DNA of 64,000 nt, taken from the sequence record MZ443771.1. The stretch is one strand, 5' to 3'. The notes beneath the pieces were generated by a model. It did no database searches. It was given only the letters and a program-made list of their open reading frames with translations, and was not told the DNA's origin. Position numbers and translations under genes: made by a program. Below are positions 46,015-55,460 of this stretch, in pieces. Every line of letters begins with the position of its first letter. Positions within the stretch are counted from its first letter, which is position 1.

Positions 46015-46472
46015 AAAAGGCCAAAGTTGTAATTAGTCGCGGTGGCTATAGACCGTCATCGCAAGAAGAATCTCAAAAGCTGGTCGCTGAGTTTCTTCTC
46101 GGTAATATCGGAATCAACCCTACTGTTATCAGCCAGCAAATGTTGCTCAACATTGCGAACTATAACTACCTGACGTCTATCGTAGACACGGGCAAAGCTA
46201 CGCAAGCGAACCAGAGCACATTGCATAAAACTGTAAAAGAACTTAATGCGTTCTGTAGATCGCACAAAATTCCTCTGGGTTTGCTAATTATGCCCCATAC
46301 TTCGACCAGCGATTATGCCGGTGATGAGGTGGTAGCGATTCCTTGGGAGCATGTGCGCTCGAACACATTGAGCCAGTCGGCCATCGAATCTCTGTTTGAA
46401 ACAGTTGAAGCTGATGGTTACCCGCAGTTTGTGACTGATGCGAAGACAGTAGAGGGATACAATGTTTTATGA
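46011..46472 (+). CDS. Hypothetical protein
   Basis: SD GGGAG; ATGA overlap. Confidence 0.7.
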   Translation: MKKAKVVISRGGYRPSSQEESQKLVAEFLLGNIGINPTVISQQMLLNIANYNYLTSIVDTGKATQANQSTLHKTVKELNAFCRSHKIPLGLLIMPHTSTSDYAGDEVVAIPWEHVRSNTLSQSAIESLFETVEADGYPQFVTDAKTVEGYNVL

Positions 46473-47742
46473 TCACGTATTCAACCACGACGAGAAGCAA
46501 TTGCTTTTGAAGGTGGCTGAGTCTAAATATCTGGTGCGGCTAGACTGCCCCGACTATTTGAAGAAGTCGAAACACGCGATTGAGATCAGACATACTGTGA
46601 CCAACCGTGGCGAGCAACGTCGAAGCGGTACGATAACAACCGCATTCGTACCGCGCATTCATTCTGCGACTGTGCAGCGACTGGTACGTGAAGTGCGAGA
46701 CAGCCAAAGCAAAAGCGCGTCTGAGGGACTCGCTGCGTTATTCGAGTTAGGCCTGGGTGTGCCGAAGCAACGTGATATCGCAACGTACCTGCGCGACTAC
46801 TCGCGTGAGAACGATAAGAAGGGTGTGGGTATCAAGTATATCCGCAAACTGATTAATGAGTATCACCGCAAGCACCGTCATAGTTTTGCTGGCAGTCGCT
46901 GGTTGATGCCCGCTGCGTATACAGCGAACATGCTCAACATGCAGTCGTTCATTCATCTGAAAGAGAACGGTTACTCGAAGAAAGTCAAAGTACCTGACGG
47001 CGTTCCTGTGATCTTCATCTATCAGAACACGAACCACGAGAATGCAACGTACAGCATGTGTGACGCATTCGTGATTAGCCCGCTCGGTTACCCGATGCCG
47101 TTCGCTCAAATCGCGTTGCGCCCTGAGTTCAAAGCTGCGCCGAAAGAGTTCAGCTCGAAAGCGTTTCGTGGTAAGAGCATGTACGCTATGGTAATGGGTG
47201 TGCTGCACTGGGAGAAGGGCGATGCGCTCGATAACTTCCGTGAGCTGGTGGAGATTGACGACGAGCCGTATCTGACGTTGCTTAGTGATGAACGTTATGC
47301 TGATCGTCGTTCGCCTGAGTATCAAGCTCTACTGGACGAACGTGCTGCGATGAATGCGAAGCGCCAGAAGTGGAGTGACGTGATTGCGAAGTATGGCAAC
47401 ACGACACGCACACTCAAGCCAGAACAGGCTGAGCGTCTGGCAAAAGCCGAAGCGTTCTTCATTAAGCGCAAAGAGTTCTTGGACGCTTTCGACAAGTTCG
47501 AAAAGAAAGAGAACAGCAAAGCCGCCCGTAAGTTTGCTGCCGCATCTGCATCGTTCGCTGCTGTTGATTGTGGTGTTGTGATTGACCGAACAACGTATCG
47601 CTCTGTGTCGTCAGGCTTGGATGTTGTGAACAAGATTCTCACTCGCTGGGGATTCACGACAATCAACACTGTCGATAGTAGTCAGAAGAAATCCATTTTA
47701 ACCTATGACCTGAAAAATGCAAGTCGCATTTGGTCTCTGTAA
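46462..47742 (+). CDS. Basic hypothetical protein
   Basis: 426-aa ORF. Confidence 0.8.
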   Translation: MFYDHVFNHDEKQLLLKVAESKYLVRLDCPDYLKKSKHAIEIRHTVTNRGEQRRSGTITTAFVPRIHSATVQRLVREVRDSQSKSASEGLAALFELGLGVPKQRDIATYLRDYSRENDKKGVGIKYIRKLINEYHRKHRHSFAGSRWLMPAAYTANMLNMQSFIHLKENGYSKKVKVPDGVPVIFIYQNTNHENATYSMCDAFVISPLGYPMPFAQIALRPEFKAAPKEFSSKAFRGKSMYAMVMGVLHWEKGDALDNFRELVEIDDEPYLTLLSDERYADRRSPEYQALLDERAAMNAKRQKWSDVIAKYGNTTRTLKPEQAERLAKAEAFFIKRKEFLDAFDKFEKKENSKAARKFAAASASFAAVDCGVVIDRTTYRSVSSGLDVVNKILTRWGFTTINTVDSSQKKSILTYDLKNASRIWSL

Positions 47743-47768
47743 ACAACTTATCTGAGGAGATAACGCAC

Positions 47769-50700
47769 ATGTCTAATAACAATCTGGGTGGCGCTGCTGC
47801 TTTTGGCTCTGAGACACAAAAGCATCTGTCCGAACAACAACGCCGCGCTTCATCGTCTGAAAGCGGTCACGTAAACAAATGCACAATCGTTGTGCTGACC
47901 TCGCTTAATGCTCATAATCGTTTCTCGTGGATGACGGCAGACGAGCAACTGAAAGAAAAGCAGATCGAAGGTAAAGTGCTCGACCGTTTGCCAAAACTGA
48001 TCGAACGTGCGACTGGCCCGTCTACTGACACGAACAGCGCGTACTTCATTTTGCACCCAAACAACGGTGTGCCTACTCGCATTGACGAGCGTATCAAAGT
48101 CGGCGAAGGCGATGCAGTAATCGTTTCATATACTGTAAACAAAGCAGTGTCTGAAATGCACGGTAGTTTATCGCTTGCTCTGTTTAGCGCGGGTGAAACT
48201 GACCTGGCTGATCTGGCATCTGAGTATGGCATCCACACCATCTCGATTGTCGAAGAAAGCAAAGCTGGTCCGTTCATCAAAGCGCTCGCCGCACAGGTGG
48301 AAGCTCTGCAAACTGTAAATATCAGTAGCATTGACGAAACTGATGGTGCGTTCGAAAAAGCGGTAATTGACTACAGCGTTCTGCCGGGTAACCCTGTAAC
48401 TGTACTGACCGGCGCTGTGCGTACCTTCATCATGCAAACTATTAGTGGCGAAGTCTTCGCTGCAATCCCCAATAACGGAGAACTGAACGTGAAACAACCT
48501 ACCACTGCACCGATTGTCGACCTGAGCGAAGACTTCGACGAAGGTGATGAAATCATCGACCAGAACGAAGGCGACAATGACGGTGAAGCTACCGGTACTG
48601 ATCTGCTGGGCTACAAAGCAGAAACTCTGACTATCGAACAGATGGTCGAAGCGCTCGAAGCGCTGGAGTACGATGTGTCTGCGATGAGCGAAGAAGGTAT
48701 TCGTGAATCGTTCCTCACTGAGCAGGAACTCTGGTTGAGCAACAACGATCAGTCTGCCACTGACGACGAAGAAGAAGAAGACGGTGAAGAAGTTGACGGC
48801 GATGCCGAAGACGAAGAAGCCGAAGAGGACAGCGAAGAAGAAGAGTTTGACGCTGTGCAATTCCTCGCTTCTGTGCTGGTTGCCGAAGAACTGGATCGTG
48901 ACGGCCTGAAAGTTCTGATTCGTACTCAAGACCTGAAGGTCATGAAGTCTGACACCGTCGAAACTCTGACCGCCAAACTGCTTGAGCTGGTCGAAGGCGC
49001 TACCGAAGAAGAGATGGTAGAAACGCTGAACACCTTCGTAGCTGCTCTGCAAGAGCGTGGCATCGACTGTCCAAACATGCTGGCCGCTCTGTCTTCTGAT
49101 GAAGAAGACGAAGAAGAAGAAGTTGACGGCGAATCCGAAGAAGAGGAAGAAGAAGATTCTTCCGAAAGCGCGGACGAAGAAGAAGACGAAGACGACATTC
49201 AGGCGCAAATCGACGCTGTGACTGATCCTCTCGACTACTTCGCTTTCGCCGGCGGTATGCTTGACGCTGAACAGCGTTCTGCCGCAGTTGCTGCGATGGG
49301 CGAAGACACCACGAACATGACCATTGTTCAGGTGATGAAAGCGTTCACCCGTATTCAAAGCCAGACCAATACTCTGGACATTGAAGCCGAAGCGCATGAC
49401 GAAGACGCAGAAGACGCGTCAAACGTTGACACTCTGACTGAACTGCTGGGTCAGTATGACGAAGACACCGTTGAGCACGTAGCTGGCGCTCTGGGTATCG
49501 ACACTGCTGGTTGCGAAAATGTAGACGAAGTAATTGCAGCAATCGCAGACGGCGGTAGCGAAGAAGACTTCGCAGTAATCGAAGCGCTGGCAACCGACCT
49601 GGGTGTTGACCTGTCAGAAGTTGCTGACGGCGATCAGCTGGATTATGTTGACGCTGTGCTCGCTGTGCTGCCGGTGTACTTCGAAGACTCAGACGAAGAC
49701 GACACCGAGCAGGAAGAAGAGTCCGACGAAGAAGTTGAAGACGAAGGCGATAACGAACACGAGCAAGCTGCCGAAGGCGATGACGCTAACGATAGCATGA
49801 AGTTCGTCACTGACGTTGACACCGAAAACTCTGTCGGCCCGATGCTGTCTGTCGATATGGACCAGACGCTGATCATCAACTACACCCTGACCGACGGTGA
49901 CACCTACTCTGCAATCGAAAGCGAGCTGGCTGATATCGAAGGTGTTAACTACCGCTTCCCGTTCAACCTGGGTAAAGCCGGTAAAGCGCAGGGCTCTATG
50001 CACCTGCCAGCGCAGTCTCTGCTGGAAATCTGCGAGCGTGTTAAAACAACTCGTTTCCTCGCTGACCCGCGTTCGTTCGATGTTGCTGTGTGGTCTAGCA
50101 GTCTTGAGCAAACTCTGGAGCAGGAAATCCGTGCTGCGCTGTATGCCGGTCGTATCGAAGAAGGTATGGACCCAAGCGAAGCGGGCATCGTAGTTGGTGA
50201 CTTCATCGACGACGAAGAAATGCGCGAAGCGATGGAACTCGGTCACATTGACCCGTCGCAGTACGACGAACTGCAGGGTGAGCGTCTGCCGATTGAAAGC
50301 CTGTATAGCGCACGTACTCGCGTTCGCCCAGTTCAGGTTGACACTGCACACGTTGCACTGCACACCACCGTGCTGAACATTGCGCTGCCGGGCTTCTGGG
50401 GTGATCAGTCTGTTGCACGTATGATGCAGGGCGCAGTTAACCGCGTCATCGCTCAGGCGCAGTCTACCGAAGGCATCAAAGTGTACGCTGGCTTCACTAT
50501 GGAATCTGCTGCACTGGTCAACAACGACCGCCTGTTTGAAGCGCTGGAAACTCTGCGTAGCTTCGACGGTGTTCAGTCTTACTCTGCCGCTGATGCTGCA
50601 AACTTCGACGACGCCGAAGACGTTATCGAAGTAGCGTCTGCACTGGACACCCGCGACCTGCCGCTGTCTGTGCTGTCTGGTGGCCTGGCCGCTGCAACGT

Positions 50701-50798
50701 TCGACAACGGCGGTGACCTGACCATTCTGATTCCGTGCTCTGTCGAAGAAGAAGACGAGCTGGACGAAGAAGCAGAAGACGAAGGCGACGACGAGTAA
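47769..50798 (+). CDS. Very large acidic protein with repeated HeH-like modules and D/E linkers
   Basis: SD GAGGAG; ~1010 aa; several E/D tracts between short helical modules; highly expressed codon bias. Confidence 0.9.
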   Translation: MSNNNLGGAAAFGSETQKHLSEQQRRASSSESGHVNKCTIVVLTSLNAHNRFSWMTADEQLKEKQIEGKVLDRLPKLIERATGPSTDTNSAYFILHPNNGVPTRIDERIKVGEGDAVIVSYTVNKAVSEMHGSLSLALFSAGETDLADLASEYGIHTISIVEESKAGPFIKALAAQVEALQTVNISSIDETDGAFEKAVIDYSVLPGNPVTVLTGAVRTFIMQTISGEVFAAIPNNGELNVKQPTTAPIVDLSEDFDEGDEIIDQNEGDNDGEATGTDLLGYKAETLTIEQMVEALEALEYDVSAMSEEGIRESFLTEQELWLSNNDQSATDDEEEEDGEEVDGDAEDEEAEEDSEEEEFDAVQFLASVLVAEELDRDGLKVLIRTQDLKVMKSDTVETLTAKLLELVEGATEEEMVETLNTFVAALQERGIDCPNMLAALSSDEEDEEEEVDGESEEEEEEDSSESADEEEDEDDIQAQIDAVTDPLDYFAFAGGMLDAEQRSAAVAAMGEDTTNMTIVQVMKAFTRIQSQTNTLDIEAEAHDEDAEDASNVDTLTELLGQYDEDTVEHVAGALGIDTAGCENVDEVIAAIADGGSEEDFAVIEALATDLGVDLSEVADGDQLDYVDAVLAVLPVYFEDSDEDDTEQEEESDEEVEDEGDNEHEQAAEGDDANDSMKFVTDVDTENSVGPMLSVDMDQTLIINYTLTDGDTYSAIESELADIEGVNYRFPFNLGKAGKAQGSMHLPAQSLLEICERVKTTRFLADPRSFDVAVWSSSLEQTLEQEIRAALYAGRIEEGMDPSEAGIVVGDFIDDEEMREAMELGHIDPSQYDELQGERLPIESLYSARTRVRPVQVDTAHVALHTTVLNIALPGFWGDQSVARMMQGAVNRVIAQAQSTEGIKVYAGFTMESAALVNNDRLFEALETLRSFDGVQSYSAADAANFDDAEDVIEVASALDTRDLPLSVLSGGLAAATFDNGGDLTILIPCSVEEEDELDEEAEDEGDDE

Positions 50799-50810
50799 TG
50801 TCGTCTGATT

Positions 50811-50840
50811 GAGTGGCTCGAAAGGGCCACTCGCTTTTCT
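50811..50840 (+). terminator. Intrinsic terminator
   Basis: GAGTGGCTC-GAAA-GGGCCACTC then GCTTTTCT. Confidence 0.7.
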
Positions 50841-50854
50841 GGGGATCTGTAAAC

Positions 50855-51685
50855 ATGACACAAGAAGTAGACCACGGCGCTAACATTGTACAGATGATTA
50901 CTGCCCGTGACGATAAAATCCGCGAACTGACTGAAAGCAACGAACAGACTGCTGGCCGCAACGAAGATGTTGAAGCCGAGTTGCAGGAACTGTCCCGCGA
51001 TCATCTGGCGCTCAAAATCAAACTGCGTAGTACCGAGCGTGAGCACACCGCTGAAATCGCACTACGCGATGAGCGCATTCGTGAAGTTGTTGGATTCTGC
51101 AATGAGCAGTCCCAACAAATTCGTGAACTGCAAGCAGAACTCGAATCTGTAAAGAATAGTCAGACACCGATGAGTGTAACGCAGCATGCCCTGCATACAA
51201 TCATGACCGCTGGTGTTAGCAAGTATCATGCTATCGTTGCGCAGTTATCCCAGCATAGCGTGAACAACGATTCAAACAAATCGCGGCGCGCTATCAATAC
51301 GCTGTATCAAACCGATACCGTGACAGCGCATCCCTCGATGTACCGCGCAATTGCTCGCTACGTTAATGCCTCAGGTAGTACGCTACCATCGGTAGACGCA
51401 CTGCGTAAAGCGATTCGCCAGTACATCGTCGATAACCACGACCTCTTCTACAAAGATGCTGAGTACGAGTTATCGCGGTTGGCACTACGTGAAGTCTGGG
51501 TGATGAAACGCAACCCTGCGCACCTGGGTTTTGCTGCACGTAATATCTGTCAGGCGTTCGATTGGTTACCCGCTGCATACAACGATGACCTCGATATGCT
51601 TGACGACGAAAGTGAGTATGAAGATTTATTTGTCGATTCTGTTGCGAAAATTTGTACGCATTTGATTGACGATAGCTTTAAATAA
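50855..51685 (+). CDS. Coiled-coil hypothetical protein
   Basis: Heptad-like N-terminal half. Confidence 0.8.
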   Translation: MTQEVDHGANIVQMITARDDKIRELTESNEQTAGRNEDVEAELQELSRDHLALKIKLRSTEREHTAEIALRDERIREVVGFCNEQSQQIRELQAELESVKNSQTPMSVTQHALHTIMTAGVSKYHAIVAQLSQHSVNNDSNKSRRAINTLYQTDTVTAHPSMYRAIARYVNASGSTLPSVDALRKAIRQYIVDNHDLFYKDAEYELSRLALREVWVMKRNPAHLGFAARNICQAFDWLPAAYNDDLDMLDDESEYEDLFVDSVAKICTHLIDDSFK

Positions 51686-51731
51686 ATCTGTAAAACTTTC
51701 CTGCAATCGAATCTGTAAACACTAATTGAAG
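51686..51731 (+). promoter_or_regulatory. CTGTAAAYA motif (candidate phage-specific promoter), two copies
   Basis: ATCTGTAAAAC and AATCTGTAAACACTAATTGAAG, intergenic. Confidence 0.55.
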
Positions 51732-51778
51732 TTCGAACCGAGCACTACGCTCAAACTAATACATCCCGGAGTATTACA

Positions 51779-52324
51779 ATGTCTAAAGTTGCAAAGAACA
51801 GTTCACTGGTTCCTACCCTGGCTCAACGTATCGCTAAGAAGTCTGGCTCTATCGGTACTTCAAAAGTTAAGCCGTCTGAGCTGCCGCACGACATTCTGAT
51901 CGAAAGCGTTCACGCTGTTGAGCTGATTGGCTTCATCACTGACCGCACCGAAAACAGCGTTACCATTCGTCACAAACGTGGCTTTGGTTCTTCTGCGCAA
52001 ATCGTTTCTACTTTCGGTCCTAACCAAATCCTGTCTGTCCTGGGTGAAGCCGGTACGCACGGTAGCGTTACTGCTCTGATCTCTGCTCCGATTCGTGAGT
52101 ACAAAGGCTTCAAAGTTAAATACGTTGGCTCCATGATCCACGCGACCTCCGTTGAAACCGGTGAAGTTGTTCAGATCAATACCGCGCTGCCTGGTTACAC
52201 CGTGCGTCCTACCGTGAACGAAACTGCTGCTGCTAAAAAGTACGGCACCCCGGCGCCAGCCAAAGCTGCTAAGAAAGACAAAGCAGAAAAATCTGGCAAG
52301 CTGGCCAAGAAAGTAAAAAAGTAA
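51779..52324 (+). CDS. Beta-rich protein with Lys/Ala tail
   Basis: SD GGAG; highly expressed codon bias; PAPAKAAKKDKAEK tail. Confidence 0.85.
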   Translation: MSKVAKNSSLVPTLAQRIAKKSGSIGTSKVKPSELPHDILIESVHAVELIGFITDRTENSVTIRHKRGFGSSAQIVSTFGPNQILSVLGEAGTHGSVTALISAPIREYKGFKVKYVGSMIHATSVETGEVVQINTALPGYTVRPTVNETAAAKKYGTPAPAKAAKKDKAEKSGKLAKKVKK

Positions 52325-52358
52325 TAAAGTCTGACGAAGACTTTTAACTGACTTTCTG

Positions 52359-52438
52359 AAATCTGTAAATATTAAGTATGCAGCGAGATAAAAAGTTCTC
52401 GCTGCCTGTCTCTCGAAATCTGTAAATATTAATTGAAG
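52359..52438 (+). promoter_or_regulatory. CTGTAAATA motif, tandem copies around a hairpin
   Basis: AAATCTGTAAATATTAA twice; CAGCGAGA/TCTCGCTG stem between them. Confidence 0.6.
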
Positions 52439-52473
52439 CAACGTCGCTTCTACTCAAACAGGAAATAAATACC

Positions 52474-53265
52474 ATGGCTAAAGCAACCGCAAATACCGCA
52501 GCAATCGTTCTGGCTAAAATGCTGGGCGTAGTTATCGAAAGCGCCGATGCGAAAGAAATCGCAGCAATTCTGAAAGAAGCCGGTCTGACTGTCTCTGGCG
52601 GTAAAGTGGTAAAAGCTGAAAAAGGCGGTAAAGCTGCTAAAGGCAAAAAGGCTAAAGCGCCTACCGTTGCTGAAATCGTCGCTGCTGTTAAAGACGAAGA
52701 AGAACTGGACATCTCCGGCGTTGACGAAGATACTCTGCGCGAAGCAGTGATCAAAGCCAAGCTGTCTACCAAGAAAAAGGCAGGCGCGCTGGACGAAGAT
52801 GAACTGCGCGAACTGCTGAACGACAACCTGGGCGGCGAGTCCGAAGAGGACGAAGACGACGAAGAAGAAGAAGAGGACGAGGACGAAGACGACTCGGACG
52901 ACGAAGATGAAGACGGCGACGACGACGAAGACGAAGACGACGACTCTGATGATGAAGAAGAGGACGAAGACGACGAAGACGGCGACGACGAAGAAGAGGA
53001 CGAAGACGACGAGGACGAAGATGAAGACGAGGACGAAGATGATGAAGACGCCCTCGACCTCGACGACCTCGACAAGAAAGAGCTGTTAGCTCTGGTCCTG
53101 GAACACAAGCTCGCGCCGAAGAAAAAGGCGTCTAAGATGGACGAAGACGAACTGCGCGAACTGTGCGAATCTCACTTCGGCGGTGACGACGAAGAAGACG
53201 ACGAAGACGAAGATGAAGACGACGAAGACTTCGACGACGAAGACGAAGACGAAGACGACGAGTAA
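52474..53265 (+). CDS. Protein with basic N-terminus, two HeH-like modules and ~70-residue D/E tract
   Basis: SD AGGA; DEDTLREAVIKAKL...LDEDELRELL and LDKKELLALVLEHKLAPKKKASKMDEDELRELCESHFGG. Confidence 0.88.
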   Translation: MAKATANTAAIVLAKMLGVVIESADAKEIAAILKEAGLTVSGGKVVKAEKGGKAAKGKKAKAPTVAEIVAAVKDEEELDISGVDEDTLREAVIKAKLSTKKKAGALDEDELRELLNDNLGGESEEDEDDEEEEEDEDEDDSDDEDEDGDDDEDEDDDSDDEEEDEDDEDGDDEEEDEDDEDEDEDEDEDDEDALDLDDLDKKELLALVLEHKLAPKKKASKMDEDELRELCESHFGGDDEEDDEDEDEDDEDFDDEDEDEDDE

Positions 53266-53344
53266 TATCATCTGATCTCCGGCGCGCCCCTCTAGTTCTG
53301 ACGAATGAGCGAGGGGCAAATATTCGATAAAATATTTCGAATAT

Positions 53345-53397
53345 TTTTGTAAAAAGTTTCAAAATTTCTTGCAGACGTATGTTGAATATAATAATGT
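53345..53397 (+). promoter_or_regulatory. Sigma70-like promoter with AT-rich UP element
   Basis: TTGCAG-17nt-TAATGT preceded by A/T tracts; lacks the CTGGAC box. Confidence 0.5.
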
Positions 53398-53483
53398 ACG
53401 TCTACAGGAAATCAAAACCTGAACAAATTTATCTTTTCATCCAGCGGTGAAAACGCCGCATCAAAACAAAGTAAGGAAATCCA

Positions 53484-54002
53484 ATGAGCAAGAAAATCGT
53501 TAGCGGCCTGAACAAAGAAATCCGCGCCCTGGACAAGTCTGAGAAAAACCTGGTTAAAACTGCTGCTGGCCTGACCAAAGAAGCAGAAGCGATCGCTGAA
53601 CGTCGCGCTAACCTGACTGCCCAGGTTGAAGCTCTGCAAACTGGCGGTGACGCTGCTCCAGCTAAAGCTGCTAAGCCTGCGAAAGCAGACAAGAAAGCTA
53701 AAGCTGAAAAAGCGGCCAAGCCTGCTAAAGCAGAAAAAGCTGGCAAGAAGGCTAAAGCTGAGAAAGCTGAGAAGCCTGCCAAAGCTGAAAAAGCTGGTAA
53801 GAAAGCTAAAGCAGAAAAAGCTGAAAAGCCTGCTAAAGCTGACAAGAAAGCTAAAGCTGCTAAGGCAGACAAAAAATCCGCTAAGCCTGCCAAAGCTGAA
53901 AAAGCTGGCAAGAAAGCAAAAGCTGAAAAGCCGGCCAAAGCTGATAAAAAAGCTAAAGGCAAAAAGAAAGAAGCCGAAGACTTCGACTTCGATATGGAAT
54001 AA
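53484..54002 (+). CDS. Histone H1-like (PAKA repeat) protein
   Basis: N-terminal coiled coil, 7 PAKA units within K/A/E repeats, acidic tip EDFDFDME; SD AAGGA. Confidence 0.85.
   Translation: MSKKIVSGLNKEIRALDKSEKNLVKTAAGLTKEAEAIAERRANLTAQVEALQTGGDAAPAKAAKPAKADKKAKAEKAAKPAKAEKAGKKAKAEKAEKPAKAEKAGKKAKAEKAEKPAKADKKAKAAKADKKSAKPAKAEKAGKKAKAEKPAKADKKAKGKKKEAEDFDFDME
53650..53965 (+). repeat. Imperfect coding tandem repeats (KAEKAEKPAKAEKAGKK)
   Basis: Recurrent GCTAAAGCWGAAAAAGC units. Confidence 0.85.
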
Positions 54003-54035
54003 GCAAGTAATCGCGCACTAGCGGTCACTTGATCG

Positions 54036-54068
54036 AAAGGGCAGCGCTGACGAGCGTTTGCCCTTTTG
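54036..54068 (+). terminator. Intrinsic terminator
   Basis: AAAGGGCAGCGCT-GACG-AGCGTTTGCCCTTTT. Confidence 0.8.
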
Positions 54069-54101
54069 TCATATCTGTCTCGAATTTTTTGAGGTTACCC
54101 A

Positions 54102-54596
54102 ATGTCTGCTGAACATCTTCTCAATGACGACCTACCAGACGATACTCGCGTCGTTAACGTTCCCCAAACAAAAGAAAAGCCTAGCTACTACGAGCTAATG
54201 TCTCTGCGCTTAGAAGCTGGTGCACGTCTTTCCCGCGCTATCAAAACGTTACGTGATGCTAACGTTCTCCCAACATCTGGCACTGGTTCAACGCTTCTCG
54301 CTGCTGCTCTAGACGTAGCCGAACGTCACTTCGCTGATATCTGCATGGGACTTGTTCCTGTTCGTGACGGTGCTGACGTATGCACAATCAAAATGCGTGA
54401 AGACCTTCCCGCGTGTGTCGAAGCGTTTCGTATTATCGTCATGGAACATGCGCAACGTGAAGCCCTTGAGCGTGAGTGCCGCAACATGATCGCTGACGGT
54501 AACGGCTTCAAGATTCTCACTCAGCCTCAAGTGCTGCACATCGAAAACAAACACGTCTGTAATGAGGACTGCAATCATGGGCCAGAAACTGTCTGA
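54102..54596 (+). CDS. Hypothetical protein
   Basis: SD GAGG. Confidence 0.75.
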   Translation: MSAEHLLNDDLPDDTRVVNVPQTKEKPSYYELMSLRLEAGARLSRAIKTLRDANVLPTSGTGSTLLAAALDVAERHFADICMGLVPVRDGADVCTIKMREDLPACVEAFRIIVMEHAQREALERECRNMIADGNGFKILTQPQVLHIENKHVCNEDCNHGPETV

Positions 54597-55323
54597 GCAA
54601 ATCAACCGCTATTTCAATCTCATGGAGAAAATCCGTGAGCAAATGTACCGCGTACTGCCTGTATCTAATCGCTACCTGTGTGTAGTAAGTTTCAGCACTC
54701 AACTACAGGCACTCCAGTGTGTGCTTGTAAGCAAAGAGTCGCTCATGGAAGCGAAGCTCATTGAAGGCCTAACGGGGCAAGAGCTGATCACCTATGGTCA
54801 GTACATGAGAACAGCCGAAGAGTGGGTCGCCAACGGTATGCAAGATGATTACCCGTTCACTCAGGATAAAGATGTGTACGAGGAGTACCGCAGCCTGACA
54901 CGCGACGAACAGATGCCTGTTCCTGAAATGGATGATGGCGAAGAAGATGATCTCGACGTACAGGAGATGGACGATCTGCGTACATCAATTCTCTGCGCCG
55001 ACAAAGCCACACTGATGCAGATGTTTGCTGACGAAGGCTTAGGTACAAAAGGAACTGCTGCTGATATGGATGTGGGTCAGTTGCAGGATGCTCTGTGCGA
55101 TCACTATGGCCTTAACCCGGATGTTGGCGTCAAAGTTGTTGACGTTGTTGGTGCGTTGGTTGAGCGTTTAGAAAACATGCCTAAACACGAAGCTCTGAAA
55201 GAAGCGCATCACCTGACAAAAGAGGAACTGCTCAGTCTCGCAGACGCATGGGGAATTGAGAAAGACGCACACGAAAGCACAATGCGCTCTCTGATTAAGG
55301 GTCATATACTGCGCCGTACTTAA
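54577..55323 (+). CDS. Protein with two C-terminal HeH-like modules
   Basis: ADKATLMQMFADEGL...MDVGQLQDALCDHYG; LTKEELLSLADAWGI...TMRSLIKGHI. Confidence 0.78.
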   Translation: MGQKLSEQINRYFNLMEKIREQMYRVLPVSNRYLCVVSFSTQLQALQCVLVSKESLMEAKLIEGLTGQELITYGQYMRTAEEWVANGMQDDYPFTQDKDVYEEYRSLTRDEQMPVPEMDDGEEDDLDVQEMDDLRTSILCADKATLMQMFADEGLGTKGTAADMDVGQLQDALCDHYGLNPDVGVKVVDVVGALVERLENMPKHEALKEAHHLTKEELLSLADAWGIEKDAHESTMRSLIKGHILRRT

Positions 55324-55330
55324 CTCAAAC

Positions 55331-55386
55331 TCTGCAAATAGTTGGACAGAATGCGGGTATATAAGAATAGTCTTATGTGATATAAT
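55331..55386 (+). promoter_or_regulatory. Repeated phage promoter upstream of gyrB
   Basis: TCTGCAAATAGTTGGACAGAAT-28nt-TATAAT with extended TG. Confidence 0.75.
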
Positions 55387-55460
55387 AGCTAGAGACAAGT
55401 AGTGTCTGAACTTGCTAATATCGAGTAGTCTACATGCTACTCACTCAGGAGAACACGAAA

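Noticed and set aside
52344-53108. Poly-Ser minus-strand ORF (also 43537-44301, 48926-49198)
   Set aside because: Shadow of GAA/GAC/GAT tracts on the plus strand
53650-53965. Tandem repeats as a possible CRISPR array
   Set aside because: Repeats are in-frame, degenerate at third positions and have no unique spacers
53429-54028. Hydrophobic repeat ORF on the minus strand (FSALAGF repeats)
   Set aside because: Shadow of the H1-like K/A repeat gene, which has the SD, promoter and terminator
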